A stretch of 52,956 bases of DNA, taken from the IMG/VR virus record IMGVR_UViG_3300046808_000165, positions 1 through 52,956 of that record; one strand, given 5' to 3'. Below the pieces are notes generated by a model. The model did no database searches and had not been told where the DNA came from. It was given only the letters and a program-made list of their open reading frames with translations. This stretch comes from a virus. Its lineage: Duplodnaviria; Caudoviricetes. The position numbers and the translations under genes are program-made. Positions 38,361 through 46,692 of the stretch are shown here, piece by piece (position 1 is the stretch's first letter; each line of letters begins with the position of its first letter).

Positions 38361-38714
38361 ATGAAAATTCAAGATATTCTATTAGAAAGCAAGCATGACG
38401 ATTGGGATGATGATCGTGAAGAAATGCCAAGCGATCCTGATTCAGATAAGGTTCAGCATATTCTAATGCAGTTCAAAAAGGCTATGGACGTAGGTGGCAA
38501 CTATCCTATCACTTTCAAGAGCGGTGAAAAGACTAAAGTATCTCTTGATGACATTGAAAAGTTCGTAGAACGTTATGCTAGATCAAAGCCACTAGAGCGT
38601 GAACAAATGCAGACTAAGGCTATTCAAAGCATTGACGGATTAAAGGCTGTTCTTGCTGGTCCAGCCGGTCCTGCAGCCGAGAAGAGTTTATATCAACGTG
38701 GTGACTATGCGTAA
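38361..38714 (+). CDS. Hypothetical protein with MKIQDILLES leader
   Basis: 117 aa; leader similar to that at 32523. Confidence 0.75.
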   Translation: MKIQDILLESKHDDWDDDREEMPSDPDSDKVQHILMQFKKAMDVGGNYPITFKSGEKTKVSLDDIEKFVERYARSKPLEREQMQTKAIQSIDGLKAVLAGPAGPAAEKSLYQRGDYA

Positions 38715-39153
38715 AGTCTTATTGTTAGCCACTGCTATTCTATTTGGTATTTCAGGAATTGCACATGCACAAAAGCCGGCAAATGGTGTAAGTTACGATG
38801 TGCAATTCACACGTGTAGTAGACGGTGACACAGTTGCATTCAAGGCAACTTTCTTACCTGCACCATTAAAGCAAGAACTTGCATTGCGTGTATACGGTGT
38901 TGATACTCCTGAAAAGGGTTTTCGTGCAAAATGTCCTAGCGAAGATGCACGTGGTAAAGCCGCTACTAAGTTTACTACAGATGCAATCAATGCAAGTAAA
39001 AGCCACAAGATTGTTCTAATGGATTGGGACAAGTATGGTGGTCGTGTACTAGGCGATATCGTATTAGATGGTCAAAGTTTACGTGCAATGCTAATTCAAA
39101 ACGGCTACGCAAGAGAATACTACGGAGAAGCAAAGACTTCTTGGTGTAACTAA
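38707..39153 (+). CDS. Secreted thermonuclease (SNase family)
   Basis: Start ATG 38707 with signal peptide (..AHA); RVVDGDT, LRVYGVDTPE, DKYGGRVLG, GYAREY. Confidence 0.9.
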   Translation: MRKVLLLATAILFGISGIAHAQKPANGVSYDVQFTRVVDGDTVAFKATFLPAPLKQELALRVYGVDTPEKGFRAKCPSEDARGKAATKFTTDAINASKSHKIVLMDWDKYGGRVLGDIVLDGQSLRAMLIQNGYAREYYGEAKTSWCN

Positions 39154-39232
39154 CATACCTCAGGACCGTTGAGTTATGTGCCCGGCTGCTGGGCTACAGA
39201 TGGATTCGCTACCCTAAATGTAAAAGTGAGCA
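39153..39232 (+). ncRNA. Candidate structured non-coding RNA
   Basis: Three abutting hairpins in a locally GC-rich intergenic stretch, with a 3' tail complementary to loops 2 and 3. Confidence 0.4.
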
Positions 39233-39330
39233 TTTATAATCTATATACACTTATTATTACCCCGTAATACATTAAATATATAATGTCCGAAAGTCAAAAA
39301 CTTTCTGGTATAACCTGGGGAATAATAATA

Positions 39331-40671
39331 ATGATAAAAAGAATCCTGGGATGTGCCGGTTTGTTGGCTTACCTGCTAACATCCACTGCGGCCATCGCTC
39401 AAACAACTAATACAAGTACACAGAGTACTACTGGTGGTACCACTACCAGCACAACTACTCCTATCAATCAAGGTGGTTACACAAGTACTTCATTGGTAGA
39501 TACTAATAGTACTAGCAATAGTACCAGCACTGTTACTACTAATAACAACACTACTACGAATAATACAAGTACAAGTACGTCAACTGTTAATAGTACTAAC
39601 ACTAATACTAATACTAGCACTTCGGTTAATACTAACAACAATATACAAAGTGGTACAGTTACTAATATTAACCAAAACACTAGTAATGGTACAATGACCT
39701 ATAACAATAATAACGTTAATAGCGGCACTGTTACTTACAACAATAATAATAACAACGTCAATTCAGGTACAGTAACTTATAACAATAACAACGTTAATAC
39801 TGGTACATTGAATTACAACAATAACAATGTCAATACGTCATCAAGTACTAGTACCAACGTGAACACAAATAATAATGTGAACACCGGTACAATGACCTAC
39901 AACAATAATAATGCTAGCACCTCAGTTAATACAAACAACAATATTAACAGCGGTACAATGACTTATAATAACAACAACGTAACGTCATCTAATAATGTTA
40001 ATACTAACAACAATATTAATAGCGGTACGATGACTTATAACAACAATAACGTCAGTACAAGCAATTCTAATAATGTTAACACCAATAATAATATTAACAG
40101 TGGTACAATGACTTATAATAACAATAATGTTAATGCTAGTACATCTACTGCTACTAACAATAACAATAATGTAAGTACAAGTACATCAGTTAATACCAAT
40201 GTAAATCAAAATACTAGTACTGCTACTAACAATAACAACAATGTTAATACTAATACGTCATCTAATACCAATGTGAATATTCAACAAGGTGAGATGACTA
40301 ACCGTAATATCAACGAAACAACAGTTACACAAAAAGTTATTCAGCCTCCTCCAACAGCAATTGCTCCCGCAATGATGAGTGTGGGTACTGATCTTTGCGT
40401 TACTGGTGTTAGTGGTGCGGCACAGACTCAGATTTTAGGTATCAGTGTCGGTACTACACAACGTGACAAGAATTGTGAACGATTAAAAATTAGTAAGACA
40501 TTATTCGATATGGGTATGAAAGTTGCAGCCGTTGCGGCAATGTGTCAAGACCGTCGTGTATTTGATGCTATGATGGCAGCAGGTACCCCTTGTCCATATG
40601 AAGGTATGATTGGTGAGCAGGCTAAAGTTGCATGGGCCGCAAATCCTAAAAAGATGCCTAAGGAAGACTAA
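39331..40671 (+). CDS. Secreted Asn/Thr-rich repeat protein with Cys-containing C-terminal domain
   Basis: ATTAAATA at 39271; signal peptide MIKRIL..AIA; 8 GTxxYNNNN repeats; C-terminal DLC..NCERLK..MCQD..GTPCP. Confidence 0.8.
   Translation: MIKRILGCAGLLAYLLTSTAAIAQTTNTSTQSTTGGTTTSTTTPINQGGYTSTSLVDTNSTSNSTSTVTTNNNTTTNNTSTSTSTVNSTNTNTNTSTSVNTNNNIQSGTVTNINQNTSNGTMTYNNNNVNSGTVTYNNNNNNVNSGTVTYNNNNVNTGTLNYNNNNVNTSSSTSTNVNTNNNVNTGTMTYNNNNASTSVNTNNNINSGTMTYNNNNVTSSNNVNTNNNINSGTMTYNNNNVSTSNSNNVNTNNNINSGTMTYNNNNVNASTSTATNNNNNVSTSTSVNTNVNQNTSTATNNNNNVNTNTSSNTNVNIQQGEMTNRNINETTVTQKVIQPPPTAIAPAMMSVGTDLCVTGVSGAAQTQILGISVGTTQRDKNCERLKISKTLFDMGMKVAAVAAMCQDRRVFDAMMAAGTPCPYEGMIGEQAKVAWAANPKKMPKED
39688..40128 (+). 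repeat. Eight GT[MVL][TN]YNNNN coding repeats
   Basis: Counted in translation; Asn runs mix AAC and AAT codons. Confidence 0.85.
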
Positions 40672-42659
40672 TGCACTTCTTTAAGGGTGTAGTACTATCT
40701 TTATTAGTGCTAATGCCACATATCGCATTAGCACAAAATACTAGCGGTGATGTTGTTACTGCCGGTACTACCCAACCTGCCTTAGACCCCAATCAAATAT
40801 ATAATACAGGTAACATCGTTCAACCTACTGTAACAGGTACAGGAACAACACCATGGATCAATGGTGTATATCAAGATCAACTGACATGTTGGGCTCCTGG
40901 TCAACCCGGTAACTGTGGACCCAACCCAAGCGTTCGTCCCGGCGGCTATATCAACTTCAGTTATGGTACAACAGACTTGTATCAAGTACAAGCAATTAGC
41001 AGTGTACTTCCTAATTCTGGTACTGGACTACGAGTTAATGGATATAACTTTAGTTTTACTGCTAAGAATGGTAATGGCTGGGATGACGCTAGGGTAGATT
41101 ATTTAAATGCATATGTAAATTTTTCCGGCACTGATGGTAAGTCAGTACGATATGATTATTATGATTTGAATTATAAGTTTGATTGGACTTATTTTAACTA
41201 TGACAAAACATTTGACACTCCATTTGCAAGTAAAGACTTAAGTACAGTTCGTTATGGTTTTGTTGGACGTGATAATAACTTTTGGGCAGGTGCATATGGT
41301 CCTGAAGTTATGAATGTTAGTTTCAGTTTAAAGTACAGCGTTGACCCTTGCGCTACAAATGTATTGAGTAGTCCATCATGTCCGGGATACTTAGATGCAT
41401 TAGCAAAAATAATTACAATTGAAACTATAGCGCCAGCACCCACTACAACTACGGTAGTTTCCGAACCAACACCCACTACAACTACAACGGTTACTGCTAC
41501 CGTAACAGAAATAGTTGTTCCTACTCAAACTCAAACAACACAACCTACACAAACTGTTGCGACTACTAGCCCTGCAAACTCAAGTTCAGTTGTAGCAGTA
41601 CAACCAGTTGTTGCTCCTGTTGTCGCAAATCCAGTTGCATCTACCCAATCTAGCAGTTCTGATAAAACACAGTCAGGTCCAACGTTGAGTAATATATTGA
41701 GTACTATCAGAAACAATGAAAAGAAAGAGCAAGCAATTGTTCAGAACGCAGTAGACAATGCTAATGCGGTTGCACAGAGTGCGGTTGCACAAGCAGAACA
41801 AACTGCATTAAGTGTTGCCAGCGCATCAAATAGTAACAGTATTACAATTGCAAACGAGTCAGTGCAAACATCAACTACTAATAGGTCTAGTTCGCAATCT
41901 AGTGTTGCAATGTCAAGTGGACCTTCTAACACCACATTAAGTTCAACACAGGCAACTAGTAGTATGCAACAACTAACTTCACAAAATGCATCAACTATTT
42001 CTATTACTAACAATACACAAAATCAAGCAGTGGTTAGTACTAACATTGCAAATATGTTATTAATGCCTCAATCTGCTTTGCAACAAGTGCAACAATCTAG
42101 TAATAGTACAGGCACTTTATTACCTGTTAATAACAATCAATCACCTGCAACTAATACTACAGTTACCCCTACACTGGCAATAGAAACACCGGTCAATACA
42201 AATGCACAGACAACTACAGCAACAAACTCTCAACCAGTTGTAGTTGAGGGAGTAGTAGCATTATTAAAGCCAAACACATCAGAAGCAAAATTAGAAGGTG
42301 AACGCAATACTATACCACTAAGTGTTTTGACAAATCGTGCTGATCCAATGTTTGAATACTTTGAGAGAAATACACAGTTTCAATCAAATAATTCACTAGA
42401 AGCAAGACCTAGTAACGTTAATAAAAACGCAGAAAATAATGAGGTTGCAGGTGTCGTAACAGTTGAAAGAATGAATGTAGTGCCAGTAGGGTATTCAGTA
42501 TACACTAGTTTATTCTTACAAGATGTTGCATTTTATGCACCCAAAGAAATCTATAGAAACCAAAAGGTTATAGATAATCAAAGAGCAGTCAGAGTGTTGA
42601 ACTTTGCTAGCGAATTAAAACACCAAGAAATGGTGAATCAACAATATGGAGAAAAATAA
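40671..42659 (+). CDS. Secreted protein: globular N domain, S/T/Q-rich stalk, C-terminal domain
   Basis: Signal peptide (..IALA); DPC..SPSCPGY motif; TAATG coupling to upstream gene. Confidence 0.8.
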   Translation: MHFFKGVVLSLLVLMPHIALAQNTSGDVVTAGTTQPALDPNQIYNTGNIVQPTVTGTGTTPWINGVYQDQLTCWAPGQPGNCGPNPSVRPGGYINFSYGTTDLYQVQAISSVLPNSGTGLRVNGYNFSFTAKNGNGWDDARVDYLNAYVNFSGTDGKSVRYDYYDLNYKFDWTYFNYDKTFDTPFASKDLSTVRYGFVGRDNNFWAGAYGPEVMNVSFSLKYSVDPCATNVLSSPSCPGYLDALAKIITIETIAPAPTTTTVVSEPTPTTTTTVTATVTEIVVPTQTQTTQPTQTVATTSPANSSSVVAVQPVVAPVVANPVASTQSSSSDKTQSGPTLSNILSTIRNNEKKEQAIVQNAVDNANAVAQSAVAQAEQTALSVASASNSNSITIANESVQTSTTNRSSSQSSVAMSSGPSNTTLSSTQATSSMQQLTSQNASTISITNNTQNQAVVSTNIANMLLMPQSALQQVQQSSNSTGTLLPVNNNQSPATNTTVTPTLAIETPVNTNAQTTTATNSQPVVVEGVVALLKPNTSEAKLEGERNTIPLSVLTNRADPMFEYFERNTQFQSNNSLEARPSNVNKNAENNEVAGVVTVERMNVVPVGYSVYTSLFLQDVAFYAPKEIYRNQKVIDNQRAVRVLNFASELKHQEMVNQQYGEK

Positions 42660-42661
42660 TA

Positions 42662-43219
42662 ATGAGTATTATTGACGAAAAATCAATTCAAGAAGCAAAG
42701 CCATACGAATTAAGTATTGCTGGTTTCAAACTAAAACTAAACAGCACTTTGTTTGCTGTGGCTATTCCTGTACTAACTACACTAGGTGGTGCGGCGTGGG
42801 GCGGCTTTCAGTTCTACACTGACTATATGAACATGAGAGCAAAGATTGAAAAGTATATTGCTCCTGACTTAACAACATTTGACAAGCGTTTGGCTGTCAT
42901 TGAAGAGAATAGTCAAAAGCAATTAGAATATACACGTGATATTAAGATTGACTTAAAGAATGATGTTCGCCGTTTAGATGACGTAGTATCCGATGTAGAA
43001 CGTACTGCTAAGACTAGCCAACGTGAAACTGACAATAGTGTTAGAGATTTACGTTCAGAGGTTCGTTCTATTCGCGGTGATATGGAAAGCACATTAAAAG
43101 CAAACAACAGAGAAGTACAATCAACTGTTAACGAACTAAAACGTGAGAACCAAAGTTTGGAACGTAGACTAGAAGGTAAGATCAAGCAGGCACTTGACAA
43201 TCCTTTGGCCAACAGATAA
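42662..43219 (+). CDS. Single-TM coiled-coil protein
   Basis: TM LFAVAIPVLTTLGGAAWGGF, heptad-rich body, ends ALDNPLA. Confidence 0.8.
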   Translation: MSIIDEKSIQEAKPYELSIAGFKLKLNSTLFAVAIPVLTTLGGAAWGGFQFYTDYMNMRAKIEKYIAPDLTTFDKRLAVIEENSQKQLEYTRDIKIDLKNDVRRLDDVVSDVERTAKTSQRETDNSVRDLRSEVRSIRGDMESTLKANNREVQSTVNELKRENQSLERRLEGKIKQALDNPLANR

Positions 43220-43296
43220 AAAAATTTACACACAGAGACCTGACTTAAATATTAATATCGTAGACAATACGATTCTTTAAAAAGAGGAAAAACTAT

Positions 43297-43869
43297 ATGA
43301 AGAAACTTTTAACAGTAGCACTATTGGCAGTAGCCACACTACCCGCAACAGCATTTGCGGACTCATCATTAACCGGTGAAGTTCGTTTTTCTGATCCACG
43401 TGGTGGTAGGGCTGACAGCACTGAGTATCGTGTCGAAGCATGGAAAAAGGCTTTTGGCTCAGTACTAGTAGGTGCAGAACTTCAGGCTCGCCAGCCTGAA
43501 AATGAAGGCAAGTTGACTTCTAAGGTTTCAGTTAAGGCTGGAACTGAATTAAGTGAATTTGCTGGATTCAAGCCAGTAGCCTACACAGAAGTTGGTCAAC
43601 ATCTCGCTGATCATGTAAGTGGTGGAAACTTTAACTTTTGGGGTGCAGGCCTCAAGGTTAGTCGCCCACTAACAGCAGGTTTAACCCTCAACGCTGGCTA
43701 TCGCCATCGTGAAGGTTTTAGCGATGGTAATCTTAAGGAAGATCGTCTACATGGCGGCATTTCATATGCATTAACTAAGAAGACCAATGCAGGAGTTACT
43801 TATTATCGTACACGTAGTGGCGGTAATGACACTGATGCAATTGGCGTAGGACTTACAACAAAGTTCTAA
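43297..43869 (+). CDS. Outer-membrane beta-barrel (small porin-like) protein
   Basis: Signal peptide ..AFA, alternating amphipathic strands, C-terminal GVGLTTKF beta-signal; CTTAAATA at 43244. Confidence 0.8.
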   Translation: MKKLLTVALLAVATLPATAFADSSLTGEVRFSDPRGGRADSTEYRVEAWKKAFGSVLVGAELQARQPENEGKLTSKVSVKAGTELSEFAGFKPVAYTEVGQHLADHVSGGNFNFWGAGLKVSRPLTAGLTLNAGYRHREGFSDGNLKEDRLHGGISYALTKKTNAGVTYYRTRSGGNDTDAIGVGLTTKF

Positions 43870-43889
43870 TACATCTTAGATGTTTAAAG

Positions 43890-43920
43890 AGTAAGCCCGG
43901 GTTATCTCGGGCTTACTTTT
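43890..43920 (+). terminator. Intrinsic terminator
   Basis: AGTAAGCCCGGG-TTAT-CTCGGGCTTACTTTT. Confidence 0.88.
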
Positions 43921-43922
43921 GG

Positions 43923-43930
43923 GATAAATA
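43923..43930 (+). promoter_or_regulatory. Late promoter (GATAAATA)
   Basis: 7 nt before ATG 43938, no RBS in between. Confidence 0.7.
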
Positions 43931-43937
43931 CTAGACT

Positions 43938-44642
43938 ATGAGAGCCACAGAATTTATTACAGAACGCAAGAATAAGAGAAAAAAATCCAAACTTAGGAAA
44001 TACTTCTTTCCTGGGTTCGCTTACTATGGCTTAGGTGGCAGTGAGTCAGGTGATGCCGGCGGGGACGCAGGTGGTGAGAGCATCCATGAAACAGCAGTAT
44101 CAGAATTAGCAAAAGAATTACCTTCATTGAAAAAGCACGATTATGATACAATTGATTTATTGATGAGAAAGATTTCTAAGAAACACCATATAACCGGTAA
44201 AGCATTGCATGATTTATTCGTAAAACAATATAAGGCAACTCCTGACAATTGGATCAAAGGTAAACTTGATGAAGTCGATAATGTAGATTGTGACTTAGAA
44301 CATGAAGTTGATAAGTTTACTCAATGGGCTTGTGAAAAACTTCATATTAAAGATACACCCAAAATTCAATTAAGTATGGACACCGAAGAAGCGCAAACAA
44401 ATCATCATACCGGTGGACATGTTATGGGTGACGATAAAGTTTGGGTATATACTGCAAACAGAAACTTAGTTGATATTTTGCGTACTGTATTCCATGAACT
44501 AGTTCATGTACGTCAGGGTGAATTGAATATGATTAAGCCGGGCGATAGTTATCCAGGCAGTCCTATTGAAGCAATGGCAGACATGCTTGCTGGAAAATAT
44601 ATTAAAATCTATGGTGAGAAAAACAGACATATATTTCAGTAA
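43938..44642 (+). CDS. MRATEFI-leader protein with C-terminal HExxH metallopeptidase-like domain
   Basis: RNLVDILRTVFHELVHVRQ..SPIEAMA. Confidence 0.75.
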   Translation: MRATEFITERKNKRKKSKLRKYFFPGFAYYGLGGSESGDAGGDAGGESIHETAVSELAKELPSLKKHDYDTIDLLMRKISKKHHITGKALHDLFVKQYKATPDNWIKGKLDEVDNVDCDLEHEVDKFTQWACEKLHIKDTPKIQLSMDTEEAQTNHHTGGHVMGDDKVWVYTANRNLVDILRTVFHELVHVRQGELNMIKPGDSYPGSPIEAMADMLAGKYIKIYGEKNRHIFQ

Positions 44643-45748
44643 TGCAGGAATATATCTTTCTTCATCTATCCCATTATTCATCTAAAAACTTCTATTGTCA
44701 TGTAGACATAGAAAATTTTTATTTGGATATCAAAGATATCAGCGAACATCACGGTGATAAAACTGTATTATTATTTCACATCTTTGAAAATTTAGAATTA
44801 AGCCAAATCAATGCATTTGGACTAGAAGCGTTTAGGAATATACTTGATCATTTTAAAGTAAAATACTATTTTGTGTTAGATGGACTTTATCAAGGTCAAC
44901 ACCAACTTATCAATTCACATAACATCATTACACTTAATTGGGGCATGTTATATGTGTATTATAATACCATGATAAAAAACCATGAAAGGATAGAAGCATA
45001 TAATCCTGTTACAGGTAAAGGATTGTTCTTTTGTGGTAAGGGCAATAAACCCCATAGAATTGGTTTATTAAAAAAGTTTTATGAAACTGATACTCTGCAC
45101 AATCTAACTTGGTCATACATCAATACAGACGTAGAAAAACAACAAATAAAAAATGAATTCTTTTCTGAATACACTGATGAAGACTATATCCACTTTACAC
45201 AACAATGTGAAAGAGTACTAGATTACACTCCTGAATATGATGAAAACTCATGGACCTTTTCGCACTTTGGATACCCATGCGATCTTAATTTATACAAGAA
45301 CACAGGATTTAGTATCATCAGTGAAACTTGGGTAAATTTCGGTACACATTTAATGACTGAAAAAACTTGGAGAGTGATTTCAAATAAGCACCCATTCATT
45401 ATGGTTGGATCACCTTATAATGTTATTAAACTTAAACAGTTAGGATTCAAAACGTTTAATGAATATCTTACTATTCCCGATTATGATACCATTGACCATT
45501 TAGACGATAGGCTTGATGCGGTTGTCACTAATGCATCCAATTTAAGAACATTGCTTGAGAAAAAAGAACCCGAACTAATGGAACAACTAAAAATCGATAC
45601 GGAATATAATTGTGCTAGATTTAACCAATTAGCACGTGACGATATCAATAATTTCCTTTCTGCTTTACAAGCAGACGAAAGTTTATTAGAATCAATTGTT
45701 GAATTTCATCATCACCAACTAAAATTTATACGCAATCAAAACGGTTAA
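44642..45748 (+). CDS. Hypothetical protein, possibly GT-B-like glycan-modifying enzyme
   Basis: KPHR, FSIISET..TEKTWR..HPFI..LGFKTF..YD pattern; very AT-rich. Confidence 0.55.
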   Translation: MQEYIFLHLSHYSSKNFYCHVDIENFYLDIKDISEHHGDKTVLLFHIFENLELSQINAFGLEAFRNILDHFKVKYYFVLDGLYQGQHQLINSHNIITLNWGMLYVYYNTMIKNHERIEAYNPVTGKGLFFCGKGNKPHRIGLLKKFYETDTLHNLTWSYINTDVEKQQIKNEFFSEYTDEDYIHFTQQCERVLDYTPEYDENSWTFSHFGYPCDLNLYKNTGFSIISETWVNFGTHLMTEKTWRVISNKHPFIMVGSPYNVIKLKQLGFKTFNEYLTIPDYDTIDHLDDRLDAVVTNASNLRTLLEKKEPELMEQLKIDTEYNCARFNQLARDDINNFLSALQADESLLESIVEFHHHQLKFIRNQNG

Positions 45749-45756
45749 ATTAGATA

Positions 45757-45785
45757 TTGACTATCTACAGTTAATCGTATATACT
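45757..45785 (+). promoter_or_regulatory. Sigma70-type promoter for replication operon
   Basis: TTGACT-17 nt-TATACT. Confidence 0.75.
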
Positions 45786-45814
45786 TACAAAGTCACAATA
45801 CAGGAGTAACCTAC

Positions 45815-46075
45815 ATGACCACACGTACATTTAATAATGAAGCAAAGATCAAACTCACCCAACTAGTTAACGAGGGTATGAGTGTTCTACACGAAGTTGA
45901 TACTCTTAACGAAGGTCTTAACGATACTATTAAGGCAATCGCAGAAGAACTAGAAATCAAGCCCTCTATTCTTAAGAAGGCTATTAAGGTTGCACACAAA
46001 GCACGTTTGGGTGAGACTAACAAAGAAAATGAAGAACTTAACACAATCTTGGAGACTGTTGGTAAGACTTTATAA
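45815..46075 (+). CDS. Small dsDNA-binding protein (T4 DsbA/GapR-like)
   Basis: 86 aa helical; IKAIAEELEIKPSILKKAIKVAHK; AGGAG RBS. Confidence 0.6.
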   Translation: MTTRTFNNEAKIKLTQLVNEGMSVLHEVDTLNEGLNDTIKAIAEELEIKPSILKKAIKVAHKARLGETNKENEELNTILETVGKTL

Positions 46076-46692
46076 TGAGTAGACTAATAGCGTTTGGCTG
46101 TTCGTTTACGCATGGCGTCGGCCTAGTAGACATATATCCAAGCATTTCAAGGTCTAGTCGTTTTGCATGGCCCGAAATATTAGGAAATAAACTTTCCCGA
46201 AGCGTAGTGAATAAGGGAAAACCGGGCATTGGCAATTTAGAAATTTTGAATAACGTACTTACTACAAAGTTTCAGCCTTCTGATATAGTAGTAATTATGT
46301 GGTCTGAATTTAGCCGCCATGATTTTTTTAGGTACAAGGCTATACCAATTGGCGGCAGGTTGATTGGGGGCGAATCAGAATTTCTAAAATATAATCCCAT
46401 CGAAGAAGATTGGTGGATAAACAATAATAGGGCACGTAATTGGTTGACTATTCATCATTGTAGCGTATACTTACAAAGTCTGAATATTCCTTTCGTAAGT
46501 CTTTTGGGAATAATTGGAAATGATACACTACCTTATCCTTCACTTAAAATCCCCAATTTAATTGAGGATATTAAACCAAATGACTGGATAATAGATAAGG
46601 CAATGGATGCAAATGACGAAGGCGGTAGTCATCCCGGTTTGGAAAGTCACAAGTTGATTGCTAATTTAATTTATGATAAGATAAAACAATGA
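46075..46692 (+). CDS. SGNH hydrolase-like protein
   Basis: AFGCSFTHG, NKGKPGIGN, HPGLESH. Confidence 0.65.
   Translation: MSRLIAFGCSFTHGVGLVDIYPSISRSSRFAWPEILGNKLSRSVVNKGKPGIGNLEILNNVLTTKFQPSDIVVIMWSEFSRHDFFRYKAIPIGGRLIGGESEFLKYNPIEEDWWINNNRARNWLTIHHCSVYLQSLNIPFVSLLGIIGNDTLPYPSLKIPNLIEDIKPNDWIIDKAMDANDEGGSHPGLESHKLIANLIYDKIKQ

Noticed and set aside
39153-39232. tRNA or intrinsic terminator reading of the structured element
   Set aside because: No acceptor stem, TTC-GA T-loop in the right place or CCA; no U-tract after the hairpins
39480-40280. AAC/AAT runs as a microsatellite or assembly artefact
   Set aside because: Codons are mixed, frame is preserved and repeats are conserved at protein level
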